Below are positions 50,562 through 58,412 of a stretch of DNA of 64,000 nt, one piece after another. Below the pieces are notes generated by a model. That model worked only from the letters and a program-made list of their open reading frames with translations. It searched no databases and had not been told where the DNA came from. Position numbers and translations under genes: made by a program. The stretch is from NCBI GenBank assembly GCA_000435515.1, contig FR884184.1, positions 18,941-82,940 on the forward strand, written 5' to 3'. Numbering within the stretch: position 1 is the first letter of the stretch; every line of letters starts with the position of its first letter. The stretch comes from Firmicutes bacterium CAG:582. Lineage in GTDB: Bacteria > Bacillota_I > Bacilli_A > RF39 > UBA660.

Positions 50562-51446
50562 TTAATCCCTTGGAAAGTATTTCTTATATTCGTTATGTAA
50601 CGCTTCTTTAGTTAGATGCGTATATATTTGTGTTGTTGAAATGTCAGAGTGACCAAGAAGTTCTTGTATAACTCTTAAGTCTGCTCCATTTTCTAGTAAA
50701 TGGGTTGCGAATGTATGTCTAAGAGTATGTGGCCCGATTGTTTTTTTAATATTTTTTAATGCAGCATAATTTTTAATCATCTTAAATATTCCTTGTCTTG
50801 TTAACATACGACCATGATTGTTTAAAAAAATATAGTTGTTTATCTCATTTTTTACAAGTTCAGGTCGGTAATTATTAATATATTCTTTTAAATATTTTAT
50901 TGCATAATCATTTACTGGAACAATTCTTTCTTTTGAACCTTTTCCCATAACCCTTATAATACATTCGTCATAGTCGATATTTTTAAACTCTAGAGATATA
51001 ACTTCACTTATTCTTAAGCCAGTTGCATACATGAGTTCGAGAATAGCTTTGTTTCTTGAAGAAAAAGCGTCAGTTACTTCAATATCTAAAAGTTTATTTA
51101 CTTCATCAATTGTTAAATATGTTGGTAAATGAATACCTAATTTAGGAGATTTTATTCCATCTGTTGGATTATTAGAAATACGTCCTTGTTTTAAAAAATA
51201 TGAATAAAACGTTTTTAAACTAGAAATGTTATGGCTTACAGTAGTTGGAGCTAAATTACTTAATGTTCGAATGTATTTTTCTATATCTTTAGAAGTTATT
51301 TTAAGTAAATCCTTGCTTTTGTAGTATTCTTCAAATTTATTTAAATCATTTTCGTATGAATTAATCGTGTTTTTTGAGTAGTTTGCTTCCACCTCTAGGT
51401 ATGATAAAAAGTCACTTATATAGATGTTATTCATATGTTTCACCAT
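50562..51446 (-). CDS. xerD: tyrosine site-specific recombinase XerD/XerC family
   Basis: N-terminal SAM-like core-binding domain. Catalytic R..HTLRHTFATHLLENGADLRVIQELLGHSDISTTQIYTHL. Confidence 0.8.
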   Translation of the reverse strand: MVKHMNNIYISDFLSYLEVEANYSKNTINSYENDLNKFEEYYKSKDLLKITSKDIEKYIRTLSNLAPTTVSHNISSLKTFYSYFLKQGRISNNPTDGIKSPKLGIHLPTYLTIDEVNKLLDIEVTDAFSSRNKAILELMYATGLRISEVISLEFKNIDYDECIIRVMGKGSKERIVPVNDYAIKYLKEYINNYRPELVKNEINNYIFLNNHGRMLTRQGIFKMIKNYAALKNIKKTIGPHTLRHTFATHLLENGADLRVIQELLGHSDISTTQIYTHLTKEALHNEYKKYFPRD

Positions 51447-51521
51447 ACTTATGATATCAAATTTTTGAAAAATTTACAAAATAGATAATGGCTTATGTTA
51501 TAATTGTTTATGGTGATATAT

Positions 51522-52715
51522 ATGGAACTTCTTGCTAATACTTTAAGACCAAGTTGTTTAGACGATGTTGTTGGTCAAAGACATTTGGTTGGAGACAATA
51601 AGATAATAAGAAATTTGGTTAATAATAAACATATATTTTCTATGATACTTTATGGTCCTCCGGGAACTGGTAAAACAACGCTTGCATGCGCGATTGTTAA
51701 TGAGCTTGGAGTTAAATATCGTATGCTTAATGCTGTTATTAATAATAAAAGTGATTTTGATGTTGCTATTGAAGAAGCAAAAATGTATGGTTCTCTTGTT
51801 TTGATTGTTGATGAAATTCATCGAATGAATAAGGATAAACAGGATATACTTCTTCCCTATTTAGAAAATGGTCTTATTACTTTGATTGGTCTTACAACAT
51901 CAAATCCTTACTTTAAAATAAATCCTGCTATACGTAGTCGTGTTCAAATTTTCGAACTTAAGCCTGTTAGTAAAGAAGATATTGTAATTTGTTTAAAAAG
52001 AGCTTGTACCAAATTAGATAAGATAAATGTAAATGATGAAGCACTTGAATATATTGCTTCTTTATCTAATGGAGATGTTCGAGCAAGCCTTAGTTTGTTA
52101 GAGGTTGCTTACTATTCAACTAAAGATGGTAATATTACAATTGATTTAATTCGAAATATTAACCCTAAAGTTATTTTGGATGGAGATCAAGATGGAGATG
52201 CCCATTATGATTTAATAAGTGCATTACAAAAAAGTATTCGTGGAAGTGATGTTGATGCAGCTCTTTACTATTTAGGAAGGTTAATCGTAATTGGCGATTT
52301 AGATATAATATATAGAAGATTGAGCGTTATAGCCTATGAGGATATTGGCCTTGCAAATCCTGGTATTGGACCTAAGGTTATGGCAGCAATTGAAGCTGCT
52401 AATCTTGTTGGTTTACCGGAGGCACGAATCCCTTTAGGAACTATAGTTACGGAAATGGCTCTATCACCAAAATCTAATTCAGCACATGTGGCTTTAGATA
52501 CCGCAATAAATGATATTTCTAATGGCGTAAATGGTCGAGTTCCAACATGGTTAAAAACTAACTCTAAGGATTATAAATATCCACATGATTATAAAAATTC
52601 ATGGGTTGATCAACAATACTTACCAACTGAAATAAAAAATAAAAAGTACTTTGTACCTAAAAATAATAAATATGAAATGAATTTAGTTAATATACATAGG
52701 GAGATGAAAAAATGA
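51522..52715 (+). CDS. rarA: replication-associated recombination protein A (AAA+ ATPase RarA/MgsA)
   Basis: LRPSCLDDVVGQRHL, GPPGTGKTTLA, DEIHRMNK, and MgsA C-terminal helical domain. Confidence 0.9.
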   Translation: MELLANTLRPSCLDDVVGQRHLVGDNKIIRNLVNNKHIFSMILYGPPGTGKTTLACAIVNELGVKYRMLNAVINNKSDFDVAIEEAKMYGSLVLIVDEIHRMNKDKQDILLPYLENGLITLIGLTTSNPYFKINPAIRSRVQIFELKPVSKEDIVICLKRACTKLDKINVNDEALEYIASLSNGDVRASLSLLEVAYYSTKDGNITIDLIRNINPKVILDGDQDGDAHYDLISALQKSIRGSDVDAALYYLGRLIVIGDLDIIYRRLSVIAYEDIGLANPGIGPKVMAAIEAANLVGLPEARIPLGTIVTEMALSPKSNSAHVALDTAINDISNGVNGRVPTWLKTNSKDYKYPHDYKNSWVDQQYLPTEIKNKKYFVPKNNKYEMNLVNIHREMKK

Positions 52716-53686
52716 ATATAGCAATAATTGGAACAGGAGTTTATGGTATTGCCATGGCTACAGCTCTTGCTCAAAATAAAAATAATAGTATAAAAATGTG
52801 GTCAGAAAGTGATGACTCGTTAAATAGAATAGAAAACTCGAGAAAGTGTTTTAAAGATTTAGGTGGTATTGCTTTACCGGAGGAAATAGCTTTTTCTACT
52901 TCTTATGAAGAAGTTATGAAAGATGCTGATTTAGTTTTTATAATGGTTGCAGCAAAATATGTTTCAAGTGTATGCGAAAATATGAAAAAATATATTACTA
53001 AGAATATGCACTTTGTTATTGGTTCTAAAGGAATTGAACAAAAGACATGTTTGTTTATTGATGAAATATTTCAAAAAAATATACGCACGAATAAACTTGG
53101 TGTAATATCCGGACCATCATTTGCGATTGATATAGGTTTCTTAGAACCTATTGGTTTATCTTTAGCTACTAAAAATAAAAGCACTTTAAAATTGGTTCGT
53201 GAAGCATATGAACACACTAATATAAAGCTAAGAGATACAACTGATATAGTTGGTATTGAAATATGTGGGTCTATAAAAAATGTTATCGCGATTGCTGCTG
53301 GAATATTGGACGGTCTAGGTTATAAAGAATCCACTAGAAGTTTCCTTATAACTGAATCATTACATGATATTAAAGAACTTATCAATAATCTTGGAGGAAA
53401 TAAAAAAACTATTCTATCATTTGCTGGTGTTGGAGATTTATTATTAACAGCTACAAGTGAAAAATCGCGTAATTATACTTATGGCGTTTTACTTGGCAAG
53501 AATGATATGAAAGAAGCTTTGAATTATATAAATGAAACCACTGTAGAAGGTTATTATACTCTTAATAGTATATACTCCCTACTTCATAAGAAAAAAGTTA
53601 AAATGCCTGTAATTGATATTATTTATGATATTGTAATAAATGGTAATGATCCTAAAATTTTGGTAGATTTTCTTATGAAAAAATAA
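52712..53686 (+). CDS. gpsA: NAD(P)H-dependent glycerol-3-phosphate dehydrogenase
   Basis: N-terminal Rossmann fold IAIIGTGVYGIAMA, GSKGIE...ISGPSFA, C-terminal GpsA domain. Overlaps the rarA stop. Confidence 0.85.
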   Translation: MNIAIIGTGVYGIAMATALAQNKNNSIKMWSESDDSLNRIENSRKCFKDLGGIALPEEIAFSTSYEEVMKDADLVFIMVAAKYVSSVCENMKKYITKNMHFVIGSKGIEQKTCLFIDEIFQKNIRTNKLGVISGPSFAIDIGFLEPIGLSLATKNKSTLKLVREAYEHTNIKLRDTTDIVGIEICGSIKNVIAIAAGILDGLGYKESTRSFLITESLHDIKELINNLGGNKKTILSFAGVGDLLLTATSEKSRNYTYGVLLGKNDMKEALNYINETTVEGYYTLNSIYSLLHKKKVKMPVIDIIYDIVINGNDPKILVDFLMKK

Positions 53687-53715
53687 AAACGTTGAATTTA
53701 ACTCAACGTTTTTTT
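53687..53715. terminator. bidirectional terminator with the same aacgttga/tcaacgtt stem; the stop codon of paralog C lies in the loop
   Basis: aaaacgttga-atttaac-tcaacgttttttt. Serves gpsA (+) and paralog C (-). Confidence 0.6.
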
Positions 53716-56700
53716 ATTCTCTTTTTTTTCAGCTAATGCTGCAGTATCAGTAAAATGATTCATTTTGCTAATTATATTTTCTTTTACAAGTTTAATCGCA
53801 TCCACTAAAATTTTACATAGTTCCATACTATCCATATTGAAATGTTTGGCTTCCTCGTCTAAACTCATAGAACCATCTTTGTTTATAACAAATTCATTTA
53901 AAAGAAAGTATTCATATCTTTTAGGAAGATTAAGATTTAAAATTAAATCTTTTGTGATTATATGACTTGATTTTATTTCGGATAAATACTCATGAATATA
54001 CTCTTTTATGTTATCAAATGAAGGTCCTTCAGCTATAACTAAATTATTTTGTGTTTCTTGTTTTGTTTGTTTCGTTTTGTGTTTCAAATAAATTAGTAGA
54101 TTACTAGTAAAATACGCATATGCTGGTAAATCGTGCCTGTACTTAAGCGTGCTTTTTATTTCAAATATATATTTTTCTTCATTGACTTTTGTTATTGTTG
54201 TAAATTCTTCAAAATACTTTTTGCCTTGATTTGCTGATTTATACGCATTTGTTAACTCTTCATCAGTAATACCATATTTTTTATAATAGTCATTTAAAGT
54301 TTTACAATAATCAAGTTTTCCTTTATTACTTTTACTATTTTCTTTCTCTATTTCTTTTTTTACAAAATTTGTTATAGTATTATTCAATTTTAAGCCATCT
54401 ACACCCTTGCCACTTCTGATTCTATGTATACATATTGATTCTGGAATATCTTGCATAAGATAATGAAAATCTTTCTTATTTAAGTTCGCTATAGATTTTT
54501 TAAAAGTAAATATATGTTTATTTTCAGCTTCTTCAACAATATTCATCGTTTTATAAAAGTAATCATGGCGAAATGGTATAGATGCTAAAGATAAATATAA
54601 ATCTTCCATGTCTTCATCATCAAAACCTAACGATTTATAATAATCATTTAAAGTTTTATAATCATTAATGATTTCCATTCTGCTTGTCTTTGGAGAATGA
54701 AAATCAATATATCTTTTAATGTTTTCTGTTAGATTAAGATTTTCTATTGATTTATTATTTTTAACTCTGCATCTATATAATTTTACAAGTATAGTTTTAT
54801 TATAATATTTGTAATTTCTTTTATCATTTGTATCTATTCTTCTAACGAATGTAAAAATATGTTTCTTATCTTTTGTTTCAGTAACATTTATAGTTTCAGA
54901 AAATATATCTTTTTCTCGTTTAGTTAAGTTTTTATAGACTTCTTCTAAATCTTCATCATCAAATCCTATTGCTTTGATAAAACCGTTAAGTGTTTTATAT
55001 TTTTTTATTGATATTGTAGGTGTTGTTTTAACTCTTTCACCAGCTTTTTTTATAGAAGGAGGCAATTTTATATTATCTACACCTTTGCCCTTTTTAATTC
55101 GAAACTTACATAATGATATTGGAATGTCTTTTGTTAAATAATCATGGTCTTTTTGACATAGATCAGCGGCTGGTTCTTTAAAAATAAACATATGTTTTTC
55201 CTCTTCAATTATATTAAAAAGTCTATAAAAGCAATCGTACCGTATTGGATTTTCGTCTAAAGATGAATATAAATTTTCCATGTCTTCATCATCAAATCCT
55301 AAAGCGTTATAATAGCCATTTAAATGTATATAATTTTCTATTTTAGGAGTATTGTTATCTCTTATAGAATTAGTTCTTAAATGATTTTTAACGTTCTTGG
55401 ATACTTCAATATTATCAACTGATTTGTTATTCCTTAATCTACCTCTATATAAACGTATAATAACACTTTGAGTATAGTATTGATAATTTAGTTGGTCATG
55501 ATTTTGAGTTATTCTTTTTGTAAAAGTGAATGTATGTTTCTTTTCTGCATCTTCCGTAACAATAATACATTTATTAAATCTTTCTTTTTCTTTTGCTGAT
55601 AGTTCGTTGTACATATTTTCTAGGTCTTCATCATCAAAACCTAGTGATTTACAGTATTCATTAAACGTATCAAAATTCTTTATTCCTTTTTCATTGTTTG
55701 GCTTATTTTCAGTTAAATCTTTAGATGGAGAAAAATTAACGTCTTTTTTTTCAACAGAATCAAATGTATTACTTTTTTGAGGAAGTGTGATGTCTTTTGA
55801 CTTAGCTGGTGTTTTCTTAACTTTTATAGGTTGAATTACTTCTTCATTTTTCTTTTCTGAAATTTCTTTTTCTACTTCTTGTGGTTGTTCTACTATTTTA
55901 ATTATTTTAGGCATAGTTTTATTTGTCGTTTCAGCTAAAATTTTACCTATTCCGCTTCTTTCACTTCTAGTAAGATCAAATATCATAGCTTTTTCTTTAT
56001 AGGATAGTTTGGCATCTTTTATTTCATTAAATTCGTTGTCATACTTTTTCTTTATTAAGGCACATTGTCTTTCGCTTAAAGAACGATATGCATTTAAAAA
56101 TTCTAATGCAGAATATCCTTTATCTTTATAGAATTTTATTAAATTGAATGTTTTTTCTTTTTTTAGTCTGTTATTTCTTTTAATTTTTTCAATTGCTTGT
56201 AATTTCTTTTCTTGCAGTTTTTTTATTTGAAAATCTATGTTATTATCTCCAATTAAAACAGAATTAATGATTGCTTCATCACCTTCGGCAACGGGAATTA
56301 ACGGAGATTTTGCTGAGGAATAATTAAATCCATAATATTTTTGTAAAGTATATTTTGTTTTATCATCATAAAGATTCAAAGCCTCGATTAACTTAGATCT
56401 TGGATATCCTCTTTTTTCTAGATCTAACATCAGCATCGAAGGTATTTTGTTTGTAACTTTTTTAACGCTTTTCATTATATTAACTTCACTTTTCAGACGT
56501 CTAATGGTTAGTAATAAGCTTTTATATATATCGTCAGTAGACACTTCGAATAATTTTTCTATATCCTTAAAGCTCATTTTTCTTCGATTTATACCATAAG
56601 AATATATAAAAATTTTTCTTTGCTCCTCTGGTAATCTAATAATTATGTTTTCTAACTTATCTATTTGAAGGTCATAGGCAGTACATATCTTCCTTTGCAT

Positions 56701-56964
56701 TAAACCTTCTTCTTTTTTAAAAAAGGAGTCTACATTAATGTGTTTGTTTTTTAAATTTTTTATGCATAGTACATCTATTTCAATTAAAAGAGATGCTAAA
56801 GTAAATATTTCGTTTTCCTTTTTAGTGAGTTTAACTTCATTTTTGTTATCATAATTTATTCCATATTTCTTTTGCACTATAATTTTTACAAAGTCTTCTT
56901 CGTATTTCATTATTAATTTAAAAGTTTCTTCGTCTATTTTAAAATTTGTCCACACATTTTCCAT
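53698..56964 (-). CDS. large paralog C (1088 aa): multi-HTH repeat protein with five tandem modules of about 113 aa
   Basis: N-terminus MENVWTNFKIDEETFKLIMKYEEDFV...DVLCIKNLK is paralogous to A. LPEEQRKIFIYSYGINRRKMSFKDIEKLFEVSTDDIYKSLLLTIRRLK is r4-like. C-terminal GSMSLDEEAKHFNMDSMELCKILVDAIKLVKENI parallels the A C-terminus. Ends ...KKTLS (A ends ...KKTLN). Confidence 0.7.
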   Translation of the reverse strand: MENVWTNFKIDEETFKLIMKYEEDFVKIIVQKKYGINYDNKNEVKLTKKENEIFTLASLLIEIDVLCIKNLKNKHINVDSFFKKEEGLMQRKICTAYDLQIDKLENIIIRLPEEQRKIFIYSYGINRRKMSFKDIEKLFEVSTDDIYKSLLLTIRRLKSEVNIMKSVKKVTNKIPSMLMLDLEKRGYPRSKLIEALNLYDDKTKYTLQKYYGFNYSSAKSPLIPVAEGDEAIINSVLIGDNNIDFQIKKLQEKKLQAIEKIKRNNRLKKEKTFNLIKFYKDKGYSALEFLNAYRSLSERQCALIKKKYDNEFNEIKDAKLSYKEKAMIFDLTRSERSGIGKILAETTNKTMPKIIKIVEQPQEVEKEISEKKNEEVIQPIKVKKTPAKSKDITLPQKSNTFDSVEKKDVNFSPSKDLTENKPNNEKGIKNFDTFNEYCKSLGFDDEDLENMYNELSAKEKERFNKCIIVTEDAEKKHTFTFTKRITQNHDQLNYQYYTQSVIIRLYRGRLRNNKSVDNIEVSKNVKNHLRTNSIRDNNTPKIENYIHLNGYYNALGFDDEDMENLYSSLDENPIRYDCFYRLFNIIEEEKHMFIFKEPAADLCQKDHDYLTKDIPISLCKFRIKKGKGVDNIKLPPSIKKAGERVKTTPTISIKKYKTLNGFIKAIGFDDEDLEEVYKNLTKREKDIFSETINVTETKDKKHIFTFVRRIDTNDKRNYKYYNKTILVKLYRCRVKNNKSIENLNLTENIKRYIDFHSPKTSRMEIINDYKTLNDYYKSLGFDDEDMEDLYLSLASIPFRHDYFYKTMNIVEEAENKHIFTFKKSIANLNKKDFHYLMQDIPESICIHRIRSGKGVDGLKLNNTITNFVKKEIEKENSKSNKGKLDYCKTLNDYYKKYGITDEELTNAYKSANQGKKYFEEFTTITKVNEEKYIFEIKSTLKYRHDLPAYAYFTSNLLIYLKHKTKQTKQETQNNLVIAEGPSFDNIKEYIHEYLSEIKSSHIITKDLILNLNLPKRYEYFLLNEFVINKDGSMSLDEEAKHFNMDSMELCKILVDAIKLVKENIISKMNHFTDTAALAEKKENKKTLS
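53965..55677 (-). repeat. array of five tandem coding modules of about 339 bp (type A, B, A, B, A') inside paralog C
   Basis: Modules begin (F/Y).T(F/L)N.Y(Y/C)K.LGFDDED(L/M)E.(L/M)Y. A-type modules contain KKHIFTF...Y(R/K)..L..LYR.R..NNKS. B-type modules contain RYD.FY....I.EE...H.F.FK...A.L..KD..YL..DIP.S.C..RI..GKGVD. Confidence 0.6.
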
Positions 56965-57075
56965 AATCTACCTCATCACGTTTTTAGTTATATTATACTC
57001 TTGAATATGTTTTTTGAAAAGCATTTTACTTTTTAATTCAACATAAAAAGATAACTGTTTTAGCTATCTTTAAGA

Positions 57076-57750
57076 TTATTTGTTTTTAATTATGTCATTA
57101 AATATAAATGACACACATAAAAGACCAGCAACGCTTGGAACTAAATTGGCTGTTCCTAACATATTTATTTGTTTTGGAACTTCTGTTGAAGATACCACAT
57201 ATATTTTTTTATTGATATGAGCTTTTCTTACTTTATTTCTTAATAATCTTGCAATTGGATCGTTGTTGGTTTTATCTAAAGTTGTAATTTCTAATTTTGT
57301 AGGATCTATTTTTTTTGCTGTTCCCATAGAAGATATTAGCTTATATGAATAATGTATACTATTTTCCATTAAAGCAAATTTTACGTCTAATGTATCACAG
57401 GCATCTATTATGTAATCAAAGTTTTGGTTTAAAAGATTTCTTAGATTTTCTTTATTTAGCTTTTCATTAATCGTTTGAATATTGATGTTTGGATTTATTA
57501 ATAAAGCTCTTTTTTTTGCTTCATCTACTTTATACTTTCCAATGTTAGTTGAATCAGTCATTAGTTGTCTATTCAAGTTGGATAAATCGATGATATCAAA
57601 ATCAACTATAGTTATATCAAAAAATCCATTTCTTATAAGTGCTTCTAGGGCGTAACTTCCTACTCCGCCTACTCCAATAAGTAAAATTTTTTTTCTTTCA
57701 ATTTCTTTTAGTTTTTCTTCACCAATAAGACCAATTAGTCTTTCAAACAT
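57076..57750 (-). CDS. tcdA: ThiF/MoeB-family E1-like enzyme, probable tRNA threonylcarbamoyladenosine dehydratase
   Basis: ILLIGVGGVGSYALEALIRNG Rossmann motif, DFDIIDLSNLNRQ. 224 aa. Confidence 0.7.
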   Translation of the reverse strand: MFERLIGLIGEEKLKEIERKKILLIGVGGVGSYALEALIRNGFFDITIVDFDIIDLSNLNRQLMTDSTNIGKYKVDEAKKRALLINPNINIQTINEKLNKENLRNLLNQNFDYIIDACDTLDVKFALMENSIHYSYKLISSMGTAKKIDPTKLEITTLDKTNNDPIARLLRNKVRKAHINKKIYVVSSTEVPKQINMLGTANLVPSVAGLLCVSFIFNDIIKNK

Positions 57751-57781
57751 AATATCACCTTTCTTGCAAATAAAAAGCCTA

Positions 57782-57940
57782 AGAAAAGCCAGTGTGATAA
57801 AAGCCCGCTCTCACGAGGTGGGCATCACATGACTCGAATTAGGATCCCTAGTCAATGACTAGGTCTTCAACACAACAAGCCAATTAGATTCCCAATAATC
57901 ACAATTAGTCGGTTTTATGTAATAGCCTTCCTTAGGTAAT
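57782..57940 (-). ncRNA. candidate structured small RNA of about 160 nt, GC-rich island with closing stem and terminal hairpin (6S-like?)
   Basis: Minus-strand 5' CCUAAGGAAGGC pairs with 3' GCUUUUCUUAGG, followed by a U5 tail. Internal UGUGAU/AUCACA and UGGG/CCCA pairings. Apical hairpin CCUAGUC-AUU-GACUAGG. GC content is far above the flanks. Lies between two minus-strand genes. Confidence 0.4.
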
Positions 57941-57978
57941 TTAACTATATCATATATCTAGTACTTAGTAAATATTAT

Positions 57979-58359
57979 TTACATATATTTACATGCTTGT
58001 GTTAGCAATTTACCCATTTTATTTTCTAGTTTTTCATTTATTTCATCGACTATTTCAACGGTTTCTTGGTCAAGTTTAAAATATTCATCTATGGTAATGT
58101 AAATGTCTTCACTTTCATGAAGCATATAGTATGTAATCATATATTCTAACAATAAAATGCTTATTTCATATGGTAAATATGCAGATAAAGTCATTATTTT
58201 TTGATGTACTCCATTTTGATAGAAAACAGCCATTCTAGGGACGTTTTTATTGCCATTTCTAGTTATAGTAAAACCATTTTCTCTTATAATATCAAATATA
58301 CCTCCTATATTGTTTTTACAAGCCAAACTAATTTTTTCGATAATTTCTTCTTTTTCCAT
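57979..58359 (-). CDS. hypothetical protein (126 aa) downstream of the HerA-like ATPase
   Basis: ORF with GGTGAG SD. No recognisable family. Same strand as the ATPase, 53 nt downstream. Confidence 0.45.
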   Translation of the reverse strand: MEKEEIIEKISLACKNNIGGIFDIIRENGFTITRNGNKNVPRMAVFYQNGVHQKIMTLSAYLPYEISILLLEYMITYYMLHESEDIYITIDEYFKLDQETVEIVDEINEKLENKMGKLLTQACKYM

Positions 58360-58412
58360 AATTTTCTCACCTTTGCTGTATTATAATAAATTCAAAAGAA
58401 AAAAGCAATATT

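Noticed and set aside
50562-51446. xerD-like recombinase as a phage or ICE integrase marking a mobile island that contains the paralog genes
   Set aside because: The size (294 aa) and motifs are those of housekeeping XerD/XerC. No att-like repeats, phage structural genes or tRNA target were seen.
57782-57940. GC-rich structured segment interpreted as a T-box leader or riboswitch
   Set aside because: No T-box motif (AGGGUGGNACCGCG), no specifier-loop architecture, and no riboswitch consensus (TPP, SAM, FMN, glycine) was recognised. Long-range closing-stem pairing rather than a local terminator points to a trans-acting RNA, which is kept only as a low-confidence ncRNA call.
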